A stretch of 29,170 nucleotides of DNA, from IMG/VR virus record IMGVR_UViG_3300046003_005477, positions 1 to 29,170 of that record; one strand, given 5' to 3'. Shown here one piece after another: positions 1-9,444 of this stretch; position 1 is the first letter of the stretch; each line of letters begins with the position of its first letter. The notes beneath the pieces are model-generated. The model was not told where the DNA came from. It worked only from the letters and a program-made list of their open reading frames with translations, and made no database searches. The position numbers and the translations under genes are program-made. This stretch comes from a virus (taxonomy: Duplodnaviria; Caudoviricetes).

Positions 1-80
1 TAAATCCTCGCAGGCAATGATTACTTGCTTGCCGTTGAGGTCGGTGATGGTGGCTACGCCGGTTATTGTGTTTTCTGGTT

Positions 81-314
81 TCATGGTGCGAGTTTCTTGG
101 ATGCTTGTTTCATTGGCAGCAGCATGGTTGACGTTGCTTCCGTCTTGTTCAGTTCTGCGGCTTTGAGTTCAAGAGCAACTGAGTTAATTGTCTTACCCAT
201 GGCATTGACCATGACGATAGCTCTAGGGACAAAAGACTTGTCAATCCATGCGGTGTAAGCGGCTTCCGCGAGATTGTCGCGGACTTCTGATAGGTTGCTG
301 GGGTTCTTGTGCAT
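81..314 (-). CDS. hypothetical phage protein
   Basis: ORF from ATG (MHKNPSNLSEVRDNL...) in the leftward operon; its stop overlaps the next ATG at 84. Confidence 0.5.
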   Translation of the reverse strand: MHKNPSNLSEVRDNLAEAAYTAWIDKSFVPRAIVMVNAMGKTINSVALELKAAELNKTEATSTMLLPMKQASKKLAP

Positions 315-928
315 TGTTTTAGATTTCTGTGTATTTTTAATTGTTCGCGTTTTGCTTCTAGGAGTTCGGGGTGTTTGCGGAGGATAGAGGCGGTGAGGCC
401 AAGCCCGCCAGCTATGTATGAGCATGAGTTTTTATATTTGTCAGTTTTCCTGTAAATTCTTGCCCATTCTTTACGTTCAGGCTTTTGGTTATATGCCTTT
501 TGCCAGTCTTTATGTTTAGGCGTCTGTCTGAAGATTTTTTTGCGGGCTCTAATGCGAGACTTATTTTCAGGCTTTTGTCTGTATGCTTTTCGGTAGTCTT
601 TATATTTAGGCGTCTGGCTGATAATTTTTTGGCGGGCTTTAGCGCGAGCTAAAGCTCGGGCTTTGTTCTCAGGGTTTTGATACCACGCTTTAGCGCGGGC
701 TTTAATTCGGGCTTTGTTCTCAGGGTTTTGATAAAAGGTTTTCTGGCAAGATTTGTATTTAGAGGTTTGGCAATAGGCTTTCATGTAAGCCCTTCTTTTT
801 TCCCTCCACTCCTCCTCCGTCATATTTTTAGGCTTAGACACCGCCCACCTCCTCATCACGGCAAGGGCAAACAAATCCATGGTTAAGCCGGATAAGAGCT
901 TTAGCGTGAAGCTTCGCCGCATCTTCAT
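149..928 (-). CDS. Lys/Arg-rich repeat protein (phage hypothetical); true start probably near 825-840
   Basis: Internal repeats YQNPENKAR / RQKPENK / TPKYKD; low-GC segment; C-terminus overlaps the next ORF. Confidence 0.55.
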   Translation of the reverse strand: MKMRRSFTLKLLSGLTMDLFALAVMRRWAVSKPKNMTEEEWREKRRAYMKAYCQTSKYKSCQKTFYQNPENKARIKARAKAWYQNPENKARALARAKARQKIISQTPKYKDYRKAYRQKPENKSRIRARKKIFRQTPKHKDWQKAYNQKPERKEWARIYRKTDKYKNSCSYIAGGLGLTASILRKHPELLEAKREQLKIHRNLKQCTRTPATYQKSATISRKPLTPHGLTSLLSLELSSWSMPWVRQLTQLLLNSKPQN

Positions 929-1109
929 TAAGATGGGCGATTCCGTTGTAAATTGCCCTCAAGTGATAATCAGATTCGTCAAAACGGTCAGATAGAACAC
1001 CGTCGCTAATTTGAAGGTCAACAAAATGAAGCATAGCATTCCTGTCTTTCGGCAACGAACTAATAGGACGAGGAAATTTAATTCCTGCGATTTCAATGAA
1101 ATCACTCAT
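834..1109 (-). CDS. hypothetical protein
   Basis: 91 aa ORF with ATGA overlap to the upstream ATPase gene. Confidence 0.6.
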   Translation of the reverse strand: MSDFIEIAGIKFPRPISSLPKDRNAMLHFVDLQISDGVLSDRFDESDYHLRAIYNGIAHLNEDAAKLHAKALIRLNHGFVCPCRDEEVGGV

Positions 1110-2392
1110 GGCTGAACCTCCTCCCCATCCACAAACGCCACCGCCCCGTCAACGATATGCAATCCCTCGCTGCTGGCCGTCTCCTGAAACTTCTCAATCC
1201 AAAGTTGATAATCCCGCTCTGAAGCCAGCTTCGCCAGCATGTCCAGATTCGCGGAATTCATCAAAGCGCCCTCACGGATCACGATGATTTTCAGATTCGG
1301 ATTCTGACTCATCGCAACCAGCGCGGAAACCCGGATCTGCTCCGCCGTCGAAAGCTGACTGAAAAACACGCCGTTCATCAAAACGCCTTCGTCCGTCAAT
1401 TCTAAGCCGTCGAGCGGCAGGTTGGCGTCTTTGATCGCGTTCGACTTCGCAAGGTCGATCTCCTCAATCCTGCGATCAAGCGTGGCGTATTCAGCGCGGA
1501 GTTTCTTCACCCTGGCGGTGAGTTCACCGTGCTTGCGTGCTTGGCGCACGGCGCGGTTGGTTTCATCACTCTTGGCGATGGCGTCGCGGGCGGCGTCGAT
1601 GGCAGAAGGATCGGCAGCAGTCGCTTGCGCGGCCTTCAAGATATTCTGCGTCTCGTCAATCATCTCGGCGCATGTCGAATGATAGTTCTCCGCGTCCTTG
1701 AGTTTCGCCTTGATGCTGTCGATTTCTCGCAAGGCGGCAGCTTCACGTTCCATCGCTTCTTTCACTTGGCGCTCGGCGGCGACAAGCCACGCGGCGTTTT
1801 TCTCAAGCGTCTGCAACACCTCCACCAACTCCACTGCGCTAACCTCTTCCGCAGGAACGTCGGCGGCAGGTTCAGGCACCGCAGCGAGCTGCGCGACCGC
1901 TTCCTTGCCGTCACGGCCTGCGGCAGTGCGTTCGGCGTAGTGGCCGGCGCGCTTAGCATCCAGCTCGGTGAAGTCGAGGCCAGCGGCAGTCTTGAGAGCT
2001 TCAACCTGCGCCTTGGGCTTCAAGCGTGTGAATTCCAGCGGGTCGAATGCGTAGTTGCCTAGCAGGCCGTTAAGAAACGTCTGAGCCTTCTGCACGGGAA
2101 TTCCGTTGGCGTCGGTCAGGGTGAGGTAACTGCCCTTCTTCGTGATCTTGCGTTCCAGTAGATACTCGGCCTTGTCGGTGCCAAGGGTCAATTTCACGGA
2201 AGCCGCTGGGCGACCGTGGCGGATCGGGTCATCCAGTCCGGTGTTGCTGAGAGCGAGGATAATGCCGTCGAGCACGGAGGACTTGCCTTGGCCGTTGTCG
2301 CCGGTCAGAACGACGGGCTTGCCAGTGGTGGGGTCGATCTCGATGGCGGAGATTTTCTTGAGGTCGGTGATTTCTAGGTGGAGGATGTTCAT
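1106..2392 (-). CDS. SMC/Rad50-like ATPase (AAA_23) with coiled coil
   Basis: N-terminal Walker A GDNGQGKSS, long coiled coil, signature-like LSTAEQ, Walker B-like IIVIREG; start set at MNILHLEI. Confidence 0.85.
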   Translation of the reverse strand: MNILHLEITDLKKISAIEIDPTTGKPVVLTGDNGQGKSSVLDGIILALSNTGLDDPIRHGRPAASVKLTLGTDKAEYLLERKITKKGSYLTLTDANGIPVQKAQTFLNGLLGNYAFDPLEFTRLKPKAQVEALKTAAGLDFTELDAKRAGHYAERTAAGRDGKEAVAQLAAVPEPAADVPAEEVSAVELVEVLQTLEKNAAWLVAAERQVKEAMEREAAALREIDSIKAKLKDAENYHSTCAEMIDETQNILKAAQATAADPSAIDAARDAIAKSDETNRAVRQARKHGELTARVKKLRAEYATLDRRIEEIDLAKSNAIKDANLPLDGLELTDEGVLMNGVFFSQLSTAEQIRVSALVAMSQNPNLKIIVIREGALMNSANLDMLAKLASERDYQLWIEKFQETASSEGLHIVDGAVAFVDGEEVQP

Positions 2393-2416
2393 GGTGTTGT
2401 TATTTGTAGGAGAGTG

Positions 2417-2616
2417 GTCCGACGCGCACGGTTTCCCGTTGCTGCGCACACGCGCCGGATTGGTTGCCGGTCTTTCCCGGCTGTCACCTGTGTGCGGAGC
2501 TATTGTCGATGGTTCGACGCATTTTCCAGAACTCCTATTTGGGGCCGTGCCTTCCGTCAGTGTTGCGGCCATACCGTGACGCTCTCTACGTGGCTATTGC
2601 CTCGGGCGCGTCTGAC
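2417..2616 (-). ncRNA. candidate structured RNA in a 230-nt intergenic gap
   Basis: Ends pair (GTCAGACGCGC / GCGCGTCGGAC); internal hairpins GCCGG-GAAAGA-CCGGC, CGG-GAAA-CCG, GTCGA-ACCA-TCGAC. Confidence 0.45.
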
Positions 2617-2630
2617 GTGGTAGAAATCTA

Positions 2631-3140
2631 TCAGAACGGGATATGATCGTCGTCCACTTCCTCCACCGGAGCAGACGGAGGTTGTTGCTTCGCGGGCGGT
2701 GTCGATAGCGTCGTGCCATCAACCGTTGTTTTTCCGTAGAGGAATGCTTCGATCGCGTTCTTCTCGCAGTCTTTCCCCGCCTTGCTGACAAATTTCTCAA
2801 TCTTCAGCTTAGCTGTTCCAGTGCGAGCCTTAATCCACTTCAGCGTATCAGCGTCGGTGAAGTTGATCTTTCGGCCAGGAGCCATCTGGCCGGAGCAGGC
2901 TTTCATGAATTGGTCGATCTTCCATTTGGCGGCTTCGCAGAAGACGAGGTTTTCTTCGACTGTCGTGGTGCGGCCGGTTCCGTCGGAGAATTCAAACTTG
3001 ATGGGAAGCATTGAGTTTCCGCTGGTGCGGCCGGTGGTCATCTCGTTGATTTCGAGAATCTTCCATGCGTATTCGCCTTTCGGGAAAACAATGAAATCGC
3101 GGTCTGCTGGGTCTTGGTATTCGTATTTTGTGGGGTCCAT
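2631..3140 (-). CDS. DUF669-like single-stranded DNA-binding protein
   Basis: PKGEY motif, acidic tail DDDHIPF, adjacent to a Sak4-like ATPase. Confidence 0.8.
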   Translation of the reverse strand: MDPTKYEYQDPADRDFIVFPKGEYAWKILEINEMTTGRTSGNSMLPIKFEFSDGTGRTTTVEENLVFCEAAKWKIDQFMKACSGQMAPGRKINFTDADTLKWIKARTGTAKLKIEKFVSKAGKDCEKNAIEAFLYGKTTVDGTTLSTPPAKQQPPSAPVEEVDDDHIPF

Positions 3141-3194
3141 TATAGTGGTAGTTTCAGTTGGTTGGGATCGTCAAAAATATTAGGCAGGTATGGT

Positions 3195-4145
3195 TCATTC
3201 ATCGGTGGCAGGGGCGGAGAGTTCAGCGGTGTATTTATTCACGGCGTCACGGAAGCCATCGGCTTTGTTGAGGATGTTCTTCCGCTTGGCTTCTTTCAGG
3301 TCCGTGAGCGCCTGCCCATCGACCAGCCAGCCGATGTTGACCAGATAGGCAGTCGCCTCGGCCTCGATGCCCTTGAACACGACTGCGAGTTCATCGACAC
3401 TAGCAGAGGTCTTGGCGACCGCTGCGCGCTTGGCGAATTCATCCCATGAGAGTTCCATTTCGGACGGGAGGTCGAAGCGGGACTTGGCGAGGAAACCGGG
3501 GCGCTCTTCGGTGTACATGACGCGCCGGCCTTCGCCGGACGCTTTGGATTTCTTCGCGCCTTTCTCCTTGCGGAACGATGTCTGGAAGTTGGCGAAGAAC
3601 ATGCAGTCCACGGCTTCGTGGAACGTCGCCGCGGATTGCTGGTGCATCTTGAGCAGATAGCGGTCGTAGCGTTCGCCTTCGATGACATCCTCGACGGTTT
3701 TCACCAGCGAGTGACCAAGACCGATGACGTTCATTTTGTTTCTCAGGCGTTTGAGGCGCTTGAAGAATTCAACCCACTGTTCAGTGGCTCGGACGTATCC
3801 CTTGCCGAACCCGCCGTCGATCTCCTCGATGGATTTGCAATTTGATTCCCGGCAAAGGAAACTCCAAAGCAGAGGTTCCAGACCGTTGATCGTGTCGAAA
3901 ACCGCTGTCTCGAATTCGTGCTTCTCGTTTTCGAGCGTGTCGATTGCGGCGATGGCTTGCTGCCATGTTTCCAAGATCGGAAACCGCGCAACGTCCATGG
4001 TGCCGGTGCCGTCGTCGGTGCCGATAAAAATCGGTTTCGGGGCGGCTGCGGCGAACGATGATTTACCAACGCCACCAACCCCGTAGAGGCCGATGAAGTG
4101 AGGGCGGACGATTGGCCCGCGTGTGATGTTATTTAATAGGCTCAT
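3195..4145 (-). CDS. Sak4-like / AAA_24 ATPase (single-strand annealing recombinase)
   Basis: LYGVGGVGKSS Walker A, VFDT Walker B, GGFGKGY and AKSRF motifs. Confidence 0.85.
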   Translation of the reverse strand: MSLLNNITRGPIVRPHFIGLYGVGGVGKSSFAAAAPKPIFIGTDDGTGTMDVARFPILETWQQAIAAIDTLENEKHEFETAVFDTINGLEPLLWSFLCRESNCKSIEEIDGGFGKGYVRATEQWVEFFKRLKRLRNKMNVIGLGHSLVKTVEDVIEGERYDRYLLKMHQQSAATFHEAVDCMFFANFQTSFRKEKGAKKSKASGEGRRVMYTEERPGFLAKSRFDLPSEMELSWDEFAKRAAVAKTSASVDELAVVFKGIEAEATAYLVNIGWLVDGQALTDLKEAKRKNILNKADGFRDAVNKYTAELSAPATDE

Positions 4146-4152
4146 ACTGTTA

Positions 4153-4449
4153 TTATTTGTTTGGGAGAATGATGTCGAGGGCGTCACGGCCAGCGGCGGT
4201 GATCTGAAGGCGGAATGCACGGCGGTCTTTTTCGTCTGGAACACGCTTCACCAAGCCCATGGCGGCGAGTTTGTCGGCGATTGTCGTGACCGACGCCGCC
4301 TTGATCTTGAGCAACCTTGCCAGATTGGACATATAAACGCCTTTCTCGGATTTGTTGAGTATCGCCAGCGTGGCGATGTGGCTGAACGTCGTGATGTGGT
4401 GCTCTTTGCAGGCATCCAATGATTTTAGAAATTTTTCGGTGAAGTTCAT
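4153..4449 (-). CDS. MarR-family winged-helix regulator
   Basis: ASVTTIADKLAAMGLVKR...DRRAFRLQIT motif. Confidence 0.85.
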   Translation of the reverse strand: MNFTEKFLKSLDACKEHHITTFSHIATLAILNKSEKGVYMSNLARLLKIKAASVTTIADKLAAMGLVKRVPDEKDRRAFRLQITAAGRDALDIILPNK

Positions 4450-4540
4450 GTTTCGTAGGGTGTCCCGATCCGGTGGGAGTTTTAAAGACCAGCAGGTCAG
4501 GCACTAGAGGTCGCCACCCATCCACCGGATCGGAAAATTG

Positions 4541-4798
4541 TTATCGTTCCAGATTTGCTTCGATGTAAGAGACGATGTCGGACAGGCGGTAGCCGATACG
4601 CTTCCCAACGCAGAGAGAGACACGGGGGATTCCCATGGCGTCCATCGTGCGAGGCTCGACGTTGAGTAAGCCAGCCGCCTGTGACCGGCTGATGAGCGTG
4701 ATCCGGTCCCGGCACTCCGTGAGGATGTGCTGGACAATCTCGGCGCGCGCTTGGCTGAGAACGGTTTCGAGCTGTTCGGGGGTGAGGGTGATGTTCAT
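4541..4798 (-). CDS. small HTH protein (excisionase/MerR-like)
   Basis: LISRSQAAGLLNVEPRTM...IGYRLSDIVSYI. Confidence 0.6.
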   Translation of the reverse strand: MNITLTPEQLETVLSQARAEIVQHILTECRDRITLISRSQAAGLLNVEPRTMDAMGIPRVSLCVGKRIGYRLSDIVSYIEANLER

Positions 4799-4908
4799 GC
4801 GGAAAAAACGGTGATGGCGACGAGGGCGGCGAGAATGAGTGCGCAGGCGAGGATCACTCGGCCCGCCATGATCATTTTGCGGTGGCGGTATTGGTGTTCG
4901 GATTCCAT
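4795..4908 (-). CDS. small membrane protein
   Basis: MESEHQYRHRK followed by one hydrophobic helix; ATGA overlap with the next gene. Confidence 0.4.
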   Translation of the reverse strand: MESEHQYRHRKMIMAGRVILACALILAALVAITVFSA

Positions 4909-4996
4909 GGTGGTTAAATTCCTGGGCAGAGGTGGAGGTGGGCAATGACCGCGAAAACCACGGCGTTGATTCCGATGATGATGGCGAGGGTGATTT

Positions 4997-5818
4997 TCAT
5001 GCGGTGGCTTTTCCTGCGTCTTTTTCATTCATGGCAGCCACGGCGGCGGCGATAAAATTCACGGCATCCTCAAAAGGAACGGTGAACATTTCCCCATGCA
5101 GTCGCTCTTCATCATAATATTTATGAGAACGCCGCTCGATAACTGAGTAATGTTTGCTTTCGCATGATACAAAAACTCGCAGTATCGGAGAAGAGCTAAC
5201 TGTGGATAGTGATGCCAACCGCTCTTTTGGCTTTTGTGTCTTTCCGATCTTCACGACCGAGTTTGCGTATTCAATAACATAGACAAATCCAATCTCGCTA
5301 CGGCGACAGGGGCCTGCTAATTTCATGCGTTTAAGCATTTCGTTGAAAAAGCACTGGCTTTGATAATCAGGGTGCGACTTTTCCAAAAAATCAGCGGCAT
5401 ACGCCTCCTCAGATTCTAACCGCGACGCCTCATCATCGAAATCATCGCCGTTTAAATCGATCAATAATCGCAAAGCGCAGGCCATGAGGTCTTGCTCGAC
5501 AGACTTTATGTAGAGCAACTCCCGCTTGTTGCGTGGAACGTATTTGTGAATAGCCTCGTTCCAATAATTAAGTATTGCGAGCTTACCTTGCCCATTGACC
5601 ATGTGAACGCTATCCATAACGCTGATGCCTACGGGATAATATCCTCGCACCCATTGATTCTTGTTATTGATTCCGGCACCTTGGAGGACTTCGAGTTTCG
5701 TCATTCCAATTATGCGCCCGATGTCTTTTGCGCTGATTTCAAGAATTCGGTATCCCATGCGTCCAATCGAGGTGGTGACTGATAACGATGGCGCGCTGGT
5801 TGGGATGATGTCGTTCAT
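4997..5818 (-). CDS. T5orf172 / GIY-YIG-like domain protein (antirepressor-like)
   Basis: C-terminal GFVYVI...VKIGKT..PKERL...IERRSH...GEMF motif; start MNDIIP is coupled to the upstream gene. Confidence 0.75.
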   Translation of the reverse strand: MNDIIPTSAPSLSVTTSIGRMGYRILEISAKDIGRIIGMTKLEVLQGAGINNKNQWVRGYYPVGISVMDSVHMVNGQGKLAILNYWNEAIHKYVPRNKRELLYIKSVEQDLMACALRLLIDLNGDDFDDEASRLESEEAYAADFLEKSHPDYQSQCFFNEMLKRMKLAGPCRRSEIGFVYVIEYANSVVKIGKTQKPKERLASLSTVSSSPILRVFVSCESKHYSVIERRSHKYYDEERLHGEMFTVPFEDAVNFIAAAVAAMNEKDAGKATA

Positions 5819-6015
5819 GCCCCCGTCCTCCCCGTAATGCTTGCTTGGTTTTCCCGAATCAACTGCTCCAGCCATGTCGAGAATGACAAGCCAGAGGCAA
5901 AGGCGATTTTTTGCCCCGCCTTCAAAATGGCCGGGTTGATGGAAATGTTTTGGCGAACCTTTATGACCCTTTTTTTGGGCGCGCCCCGCTTGCGTGTAAT
6001 TTGCTTTGTGCTCAT
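5815..6015 (-). CDS. ribbon-helix-helix regulator (Cro-like position)
   Basis: RGAPKK then VRQNISI beta-strand and two helices; first gene of the leftward operon. Confidence 0.65.
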   Translation of the reverse strand: MSTKQITRKRGAPKKRVIKVRQNISINPAILKAGQKIAFASGLSFSTWLEQLIRENQASITGRTGA

Positions 6016-6019
6016 TCGA

Positions 6020-6047
6020 TGCGCAAGGGCTACACAAGCCTTGCGCA
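6020..6047. promoter_or_regulatory. palindromic operator in the divergent control region
   Basis: TGCGCAAGG...CCTTGCGCA inverted repeat immediately upstream of the ATG at 6015. Confidence 0.55.
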
Positions 6048-6098
6048 CCAAGCAACATCAATTTTACAATTATTTATTTATACACACGATAAATCGTG

Positions 6099-6127
6099 TT
6101 GCGGTGTGTATTCCGTGGGTGTATAGT
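6099..6127 (+). promoter_or_regulatory. sigma70-type promoter for the 6135 gene
   Basis: TTGCGG-17 nt-TATAGT, with the ATG 8 nt after the -10 (leaderless). Confidence 0.55.
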
Positions 6128-6134
6128 CCATTCC

Positions 6135-6476
6135 ATGAGCGCAAAAAAAACCACGAAACCAAAGGATAAAAACCCCTTGGAGGCAGTCCGCGTGAACATT
6201 TCCCTGACGCGCGGAACGCACGAAGTCTTAAAAGACCTCGCGGACCATCAACACCTCAGTTCCTCCGCCGTGATAACCTGCCTTATTCGCCGCAAGGCGG
6301 AGGAAGTCGGATTGCTATCCCCTTCCATCAATCCCGCAAATTACACCTACGAAGACCCCGACTCCGCTGATTATCCTCATCCCTTGGGAAACGACAACAA
6401 ATGCTCCCCTTCCATCCCTGCGCTTTCTGCTCTAAAACCTCCGTTTCAGGAGGAAAGGAGGCTTAGATCAAAATAA
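6135..6476 (+). CDS. ribbon-helix-helix regulator (repressor position)
   Basis: VRVNISLTRGTHEVLKDLA...SSSAVITCLIRR; divergent from 5815-6015. Confidence 0.6.
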   Translation: MSAKKTTKPKDKNPLEAVRVNISLTRGTHEVLKDLADHQHLSSSAVITCLIRRKAEEVGLLSPSINPANYTYEDPDSADYPHPLGNDNKCSPSIPALSALKPPFQEERRLRSK

Positions 6477-6483
6477 ACCGACA

Positions 6484-6738
6484 TCAATAATCCGAGTATC
6501 CGCGATTATCCTGTGGCCCGCCAATATCTCCGCCGTCGCGCTCTTGAGCCTTGTCCTCAAGCTCCATCTGCCTCATTTCTGGCGATTTTTCCATTTCAAA
6601 TTTTCGCGACAAATACACCTCTTTTGGGGTTTGCGGGACAGGCTTGTTTTCGGACCATATTTTTGACATCAGCCCAAAAAACAGGAGCGCGAGAAAACCT
6701 AAAAGACCAAACATAAACAGAGGCGGGCTAATTTTCAT
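6484..6738 (-). CDS. small membrane-anchored protein
   Basis: N-terminal transmembrane segment; lies between the repressor-like gene and the integrase. Confidence 0.5.
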   Translation of the reverse strand: MKISPPLFMFGLLGFLALLFFGLMSKIWSENKPVPQTPKEVYLSRKFEMEKSPEMRQMELEDKAQERDGGDIGGPQDNRGYSDY

Positions 6739-6753
6739 ACGCCCAAACCTACC

Positions 6754-7938
6754 ATGCACGTCGTAAAATACAAGTCCGTTTCCGTGAACGTCTATCCATG
6801 GCGGCACCCATCCGGAAGAGAGTATTGGCGGTTCAAGCAGGGAGGCAAGGACGTGACCCGCAGCACGCTCGAAAAAGCCAAGCGGGACGCGAAGAAGCAC
6901 GCTCAGACGATTTACCGTGGCAGTCTGGATCTAAACATCCTGGAAGCGGATGAAATCCGGAAACTGCAACGCATTGTCGAGGCGGGGGCACTCCAGCACG
7001 TCGAGGAGTTCCTGCTATGGCATTCCCGGAAAGCACCTAAGAAACTCGCCATTGACGCTTACACCGAATTTCTCGCTTTGAAGGAGAAGAACGCCGGTCG
7101 TTCGACTCAGAACGTCCGAACCATCCGAAAGCACGTCAAGCCGTTCATCGACATCCACGGGAAATCCGACCTCGCATCCATCACCGTGAAGGACATCGAG
7201 GATTATATGGAATCCAACCCGAAAAACAAAAACCGGACCCGCCGCAACATCAGGGCGTCGCTGGTGACGTTCTTCCGGTGGTGCCGACTCAGGGAATACC
7301 TCCCCGATGAACGCACGGCGGCGGAGAAGGCGGAGATCCCGATGGTGACTGACACGGTGCCAGAAACCTACACGCCCGACGAGCTGCGCGTCTTGCTGGC
7401 CAATGTTCGCCCGGATTTCCGGGCATGGCTCGCGGGCGCCGCGCTGGCGGGCATCAGGACCGATGAGATTTGCCCGATCGCCGGGAGTCGGAAACCTCCG
7501 CTGGATTGGAGCGACATTGACTTCGAGCGCGATCAGATCGTTGTAAGCCCTGCCACGGCCAAGATGAAGCGCCGGAGGGTTATTCCCATGTGCGCGGCAC
7601 TCAAGGCGATCCTGCTGCCGCTCAGGAAGCCCCAAGGCCCCATGCACGCTACAATCGCCCCCACCCGGAGCGACGGCAAGAAGATCGTGGCAGAAACCGC
7701 CCGGCTGGGCGCATTCATCGGCGGATGGAAGGACAATGCCCTGCGGGCATCTTTCATTTCATTCCGGTGCGCCCTGAAAGGAATGGGCGTCACGGCCATG
7801 GAGGCCGGAAATTCGGAGGATGAAATCAAGAAGTCCTACCTGGATGCCAAGAGTCCCGCCGAAGCGGAGGCTTGGTTTTCAGTGTCCGCGTTTTCGCCGA
7901 TCACCGAACATTTACCGAACACAGCGAAAAAACCTTGA
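6754..7938 (+). CDS. int: prophage tyrosine integrase
   Basis: AGIRTDEI (R), AKMKRRR (K), NALRASF, AGNS, KSY (Y); followed by attP. Confidence 0.9.
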   Translation: MHVVKYKSVSVNVYPWRHPSGREYWRFKQGGKDVTRSTLEKAKRDAKKHAQTIYRGSLDLNILEADEIRKLQRIVEAGALQHVEEFLLWHSRKAPKKLAIDAYTEFLALKEKNAGRSTQNVRTIRKHVKPFIDIHGKSDLASITVKDIEDYMESNPKNKNRTRRNIRASLVTFFRWCRLREYLPDERTAAEKAEIPMVTDTVPETYTPDELRVLLANVRPDFRAWLAGAALAGIRTDEICPIAGSRKPPLDWSDIDFERDQIVVSPATAKMKRRRVIPMCAALKAILLPLRKPQGPMHATIAPTRSDGKKIVAETARLGAFIGGWKDNALRASFISFRCALKGMGVTAMEAGNSEDEIKKSYLDAKSPAEAEAWFSVSAFSPITEHLPNTAKKP

Positions 7939-8095
7939 TTCTATATGGTGGAGGCGAGGGGAGTCGAACCCCTCAAGGGGTGCTTCTTTACGTTTTGTAA
8001 AGATCGGTTTTGGCTTGTTTTTTAGGTGTTTTTCTCTGTTTTTCATCCCAACGAAACGTGAAGAATCCCGGCTTTCACAGAACATTTACCGAACA
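7903..8095 (-). other. attP: core (7946-7973) matches a tmRNA 3' end, flanked by arm-type repeats
   Basis: Reverse complement reads AGGGGTTCGACTCCCCTCGCCTCCACCA (T-arm, acceptor with U70, CCA); GAACATTTACCGAACA occurs at 7906-7921 and 8080-8095. Confidence 0.8.
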
Positions 8096-8274
8096 TTTTT
8101 AAGCACCGCCTTACAATCAATGCAGACGAGCTTTCCATTTTTCTCCATCGGTGTCCCGAATTTGCAAACCGGGCAGTCCGGCAAATCAGCGTAGGACTTC
8201 GGGGCGTAGAACGGCTGACCAGATGGCGAATGCGCGTCTTTTACCGTCGGAATGGATTCGAGTCCTTTTTTCAT
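8086..8274 (-). CDS. small zinc-ribbon protein
   Basis: CPVC...CIDC; ATGA-coupled to the upstream gene. Confidence 0.55.
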   Translation of the reverse strand: MKKGLESIPTVKDAHSPSGQPFYAPKSYADLPDCPVCKFGTPMEKNGKLVCIDCKAVLKNVR

Positions 8275-8453
8275 GGCTTTTTCAGTTTATCCCGGCAAAC
8301 CACCCTCCCGGCTGCGATTTCTCGGAGCAATGCGCGCCAACTCGGCCGGCCGGAATAGATTCCGGCGCGTGCGGTGGCGTTGCATTTTCTGGAGATCGCC
8401 AGCAATGATTTGATTTCGTCGGCGTCGAGGTCGATGGTGTGGCGTTTTTTCAT
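8271..8453 (-). CDS. small hypothetical protein (possibly RHH-like)
   Basis: ATGA overlap with the intI stop. Confidence 0.55.
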   Translation of the reverse strand: MKKRHTIDLDADEIKSLLAISRKCNATARAGIYSGRPSWRALLREIAAGRVVCRDKLKKP

Positions 8454-9415
8454 GCGGTTCTTCGTAAAGGGATAATATTTCTCGCTACTTCCGCATCCAG
8501 CGGGCTATCCACCGTCGTCTTGCCGGCGGTATGCAAGTAAAGCTGTGTTGTTTCCAAACTCGTATGGCCGAGCTGTTCTTGAATTGTTTTGATGTCCACC
8601 CCATCGCGCAGTAGGCCGGTGGCATAGCTATGGCGGAGCGCATGCGGGTTCACCCGTTGCGTGATGCCTTGCAGTTCCGCCGCCTCCTTTAGCGCCGTCA
8701 CCAGTCGTTTGTCAGTCGCATGCCAACGATCCGTCCCATGGACTTTCTGAGATGGAAAAAGCCAATACCATGGCAGCGTCCCAAAGGTTCGGCGGCCAAA
8801 CTTGCGCATCAGACTTTCCTCATTGTGCGGGCAGATGATGCCGCTTGCGCGGTCGCGCTCCCATTGCATCCGGCAGGCCATGATTTGTTGTTCCAGATCC
8901 GCCACCAGGAATTCAGGAATCCGCAGCGCGCGGGACTTCCCGCCCTTGGCCTCATAAATTGTCAACACCCGATCCTCAATCCGCACATCCTTCAGCCGCA
9001 GCGTCAGCATGTCGCTTTCGATCCGCATGCCGGTTCCTGCCAGCAGTCCCGCTTGCAATCGCGGCACCCTTGGCATGGTTTGCATCATGCCGAGGATTTG
9101 GCGCATCGTGAGCACCGAGCGCATTGGCTTCGATCGGTTGCGCTTCGGAAGATCAAATTCCCCAAACTCCTTCAGCAAAACTTTTTCATAGAAAAACTTC
9201 AGTGGATTCAAAGCGTGCCACACACTGTTCGATGAAATCTTTTTCACGCTGGCCAGGTGGTTCAGATAGTCTTGCACCCCGGTGATTTCTCCACGCTTCA
9301 TCATCCCCGCAAACTCCGCGATCGTCGGCCCGTAGGTTTTTCGAGTATTCCGAGCCAGCCCCGCATTCAGCGCAGCCGTTTCGAAAGCCTTCATTACTTC
9401 TTCAATCGTTCTCAT
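8450..9415 (-). CDS. intI: integron integrase
   Basis: Catalytic R (GMRIES), K (AKGGKSR), HALRH, LGH, Y (TQLYLH); IntI-specific insertion SLMRKFG...WYWLFPS...RWH; C-terminal SPLD; adjacent attC array. Confidence 0.92.
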   Translation of the reverse strand: MRTIEEVMKAFETAALNAGLARNTRKTYGPTIAEFAGMMKRGEITGVQDYLNHLASVKKISSNSVWHALNPLKFFYEKVLLKEFGEFDLPKRNRSKPMRSVLTMRQILGMMQTMPRVPRLQAGLLAGTGMRIESDMLTLRLKDVRIEDRVLTIYEAKGGKSRALRIPEFLVADLEQQIMACRMQWERDRASGIICPHNEESLMRKFGRRTFGTLPWYWLFPSQKVHGTDRWHATDKRLVTALKEAAELQGITQRVNPHALRHSYATGLLRDGVDIKTIQEQLGHTSLETTQLYLHTAGKTTVDSPLDAEVARNIIPLRRTA

Positions 9416-9444
9416 CGGATCGGATTTGTGGTTATAGACACTTA

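Noticed and set aside
7946-7973. A complete tRNA or tmRNA gene next to the integrase
   Set aside because: Only the T-arm and 3' acceptor strand are present, which fits an attP core
8450-9415. XerC/D or a second prophage integrase
   Set aside because: The IntI-specific insertion and the adjacent attI/attC array favour an integron integrase; the prophage integrase is 6754-7938
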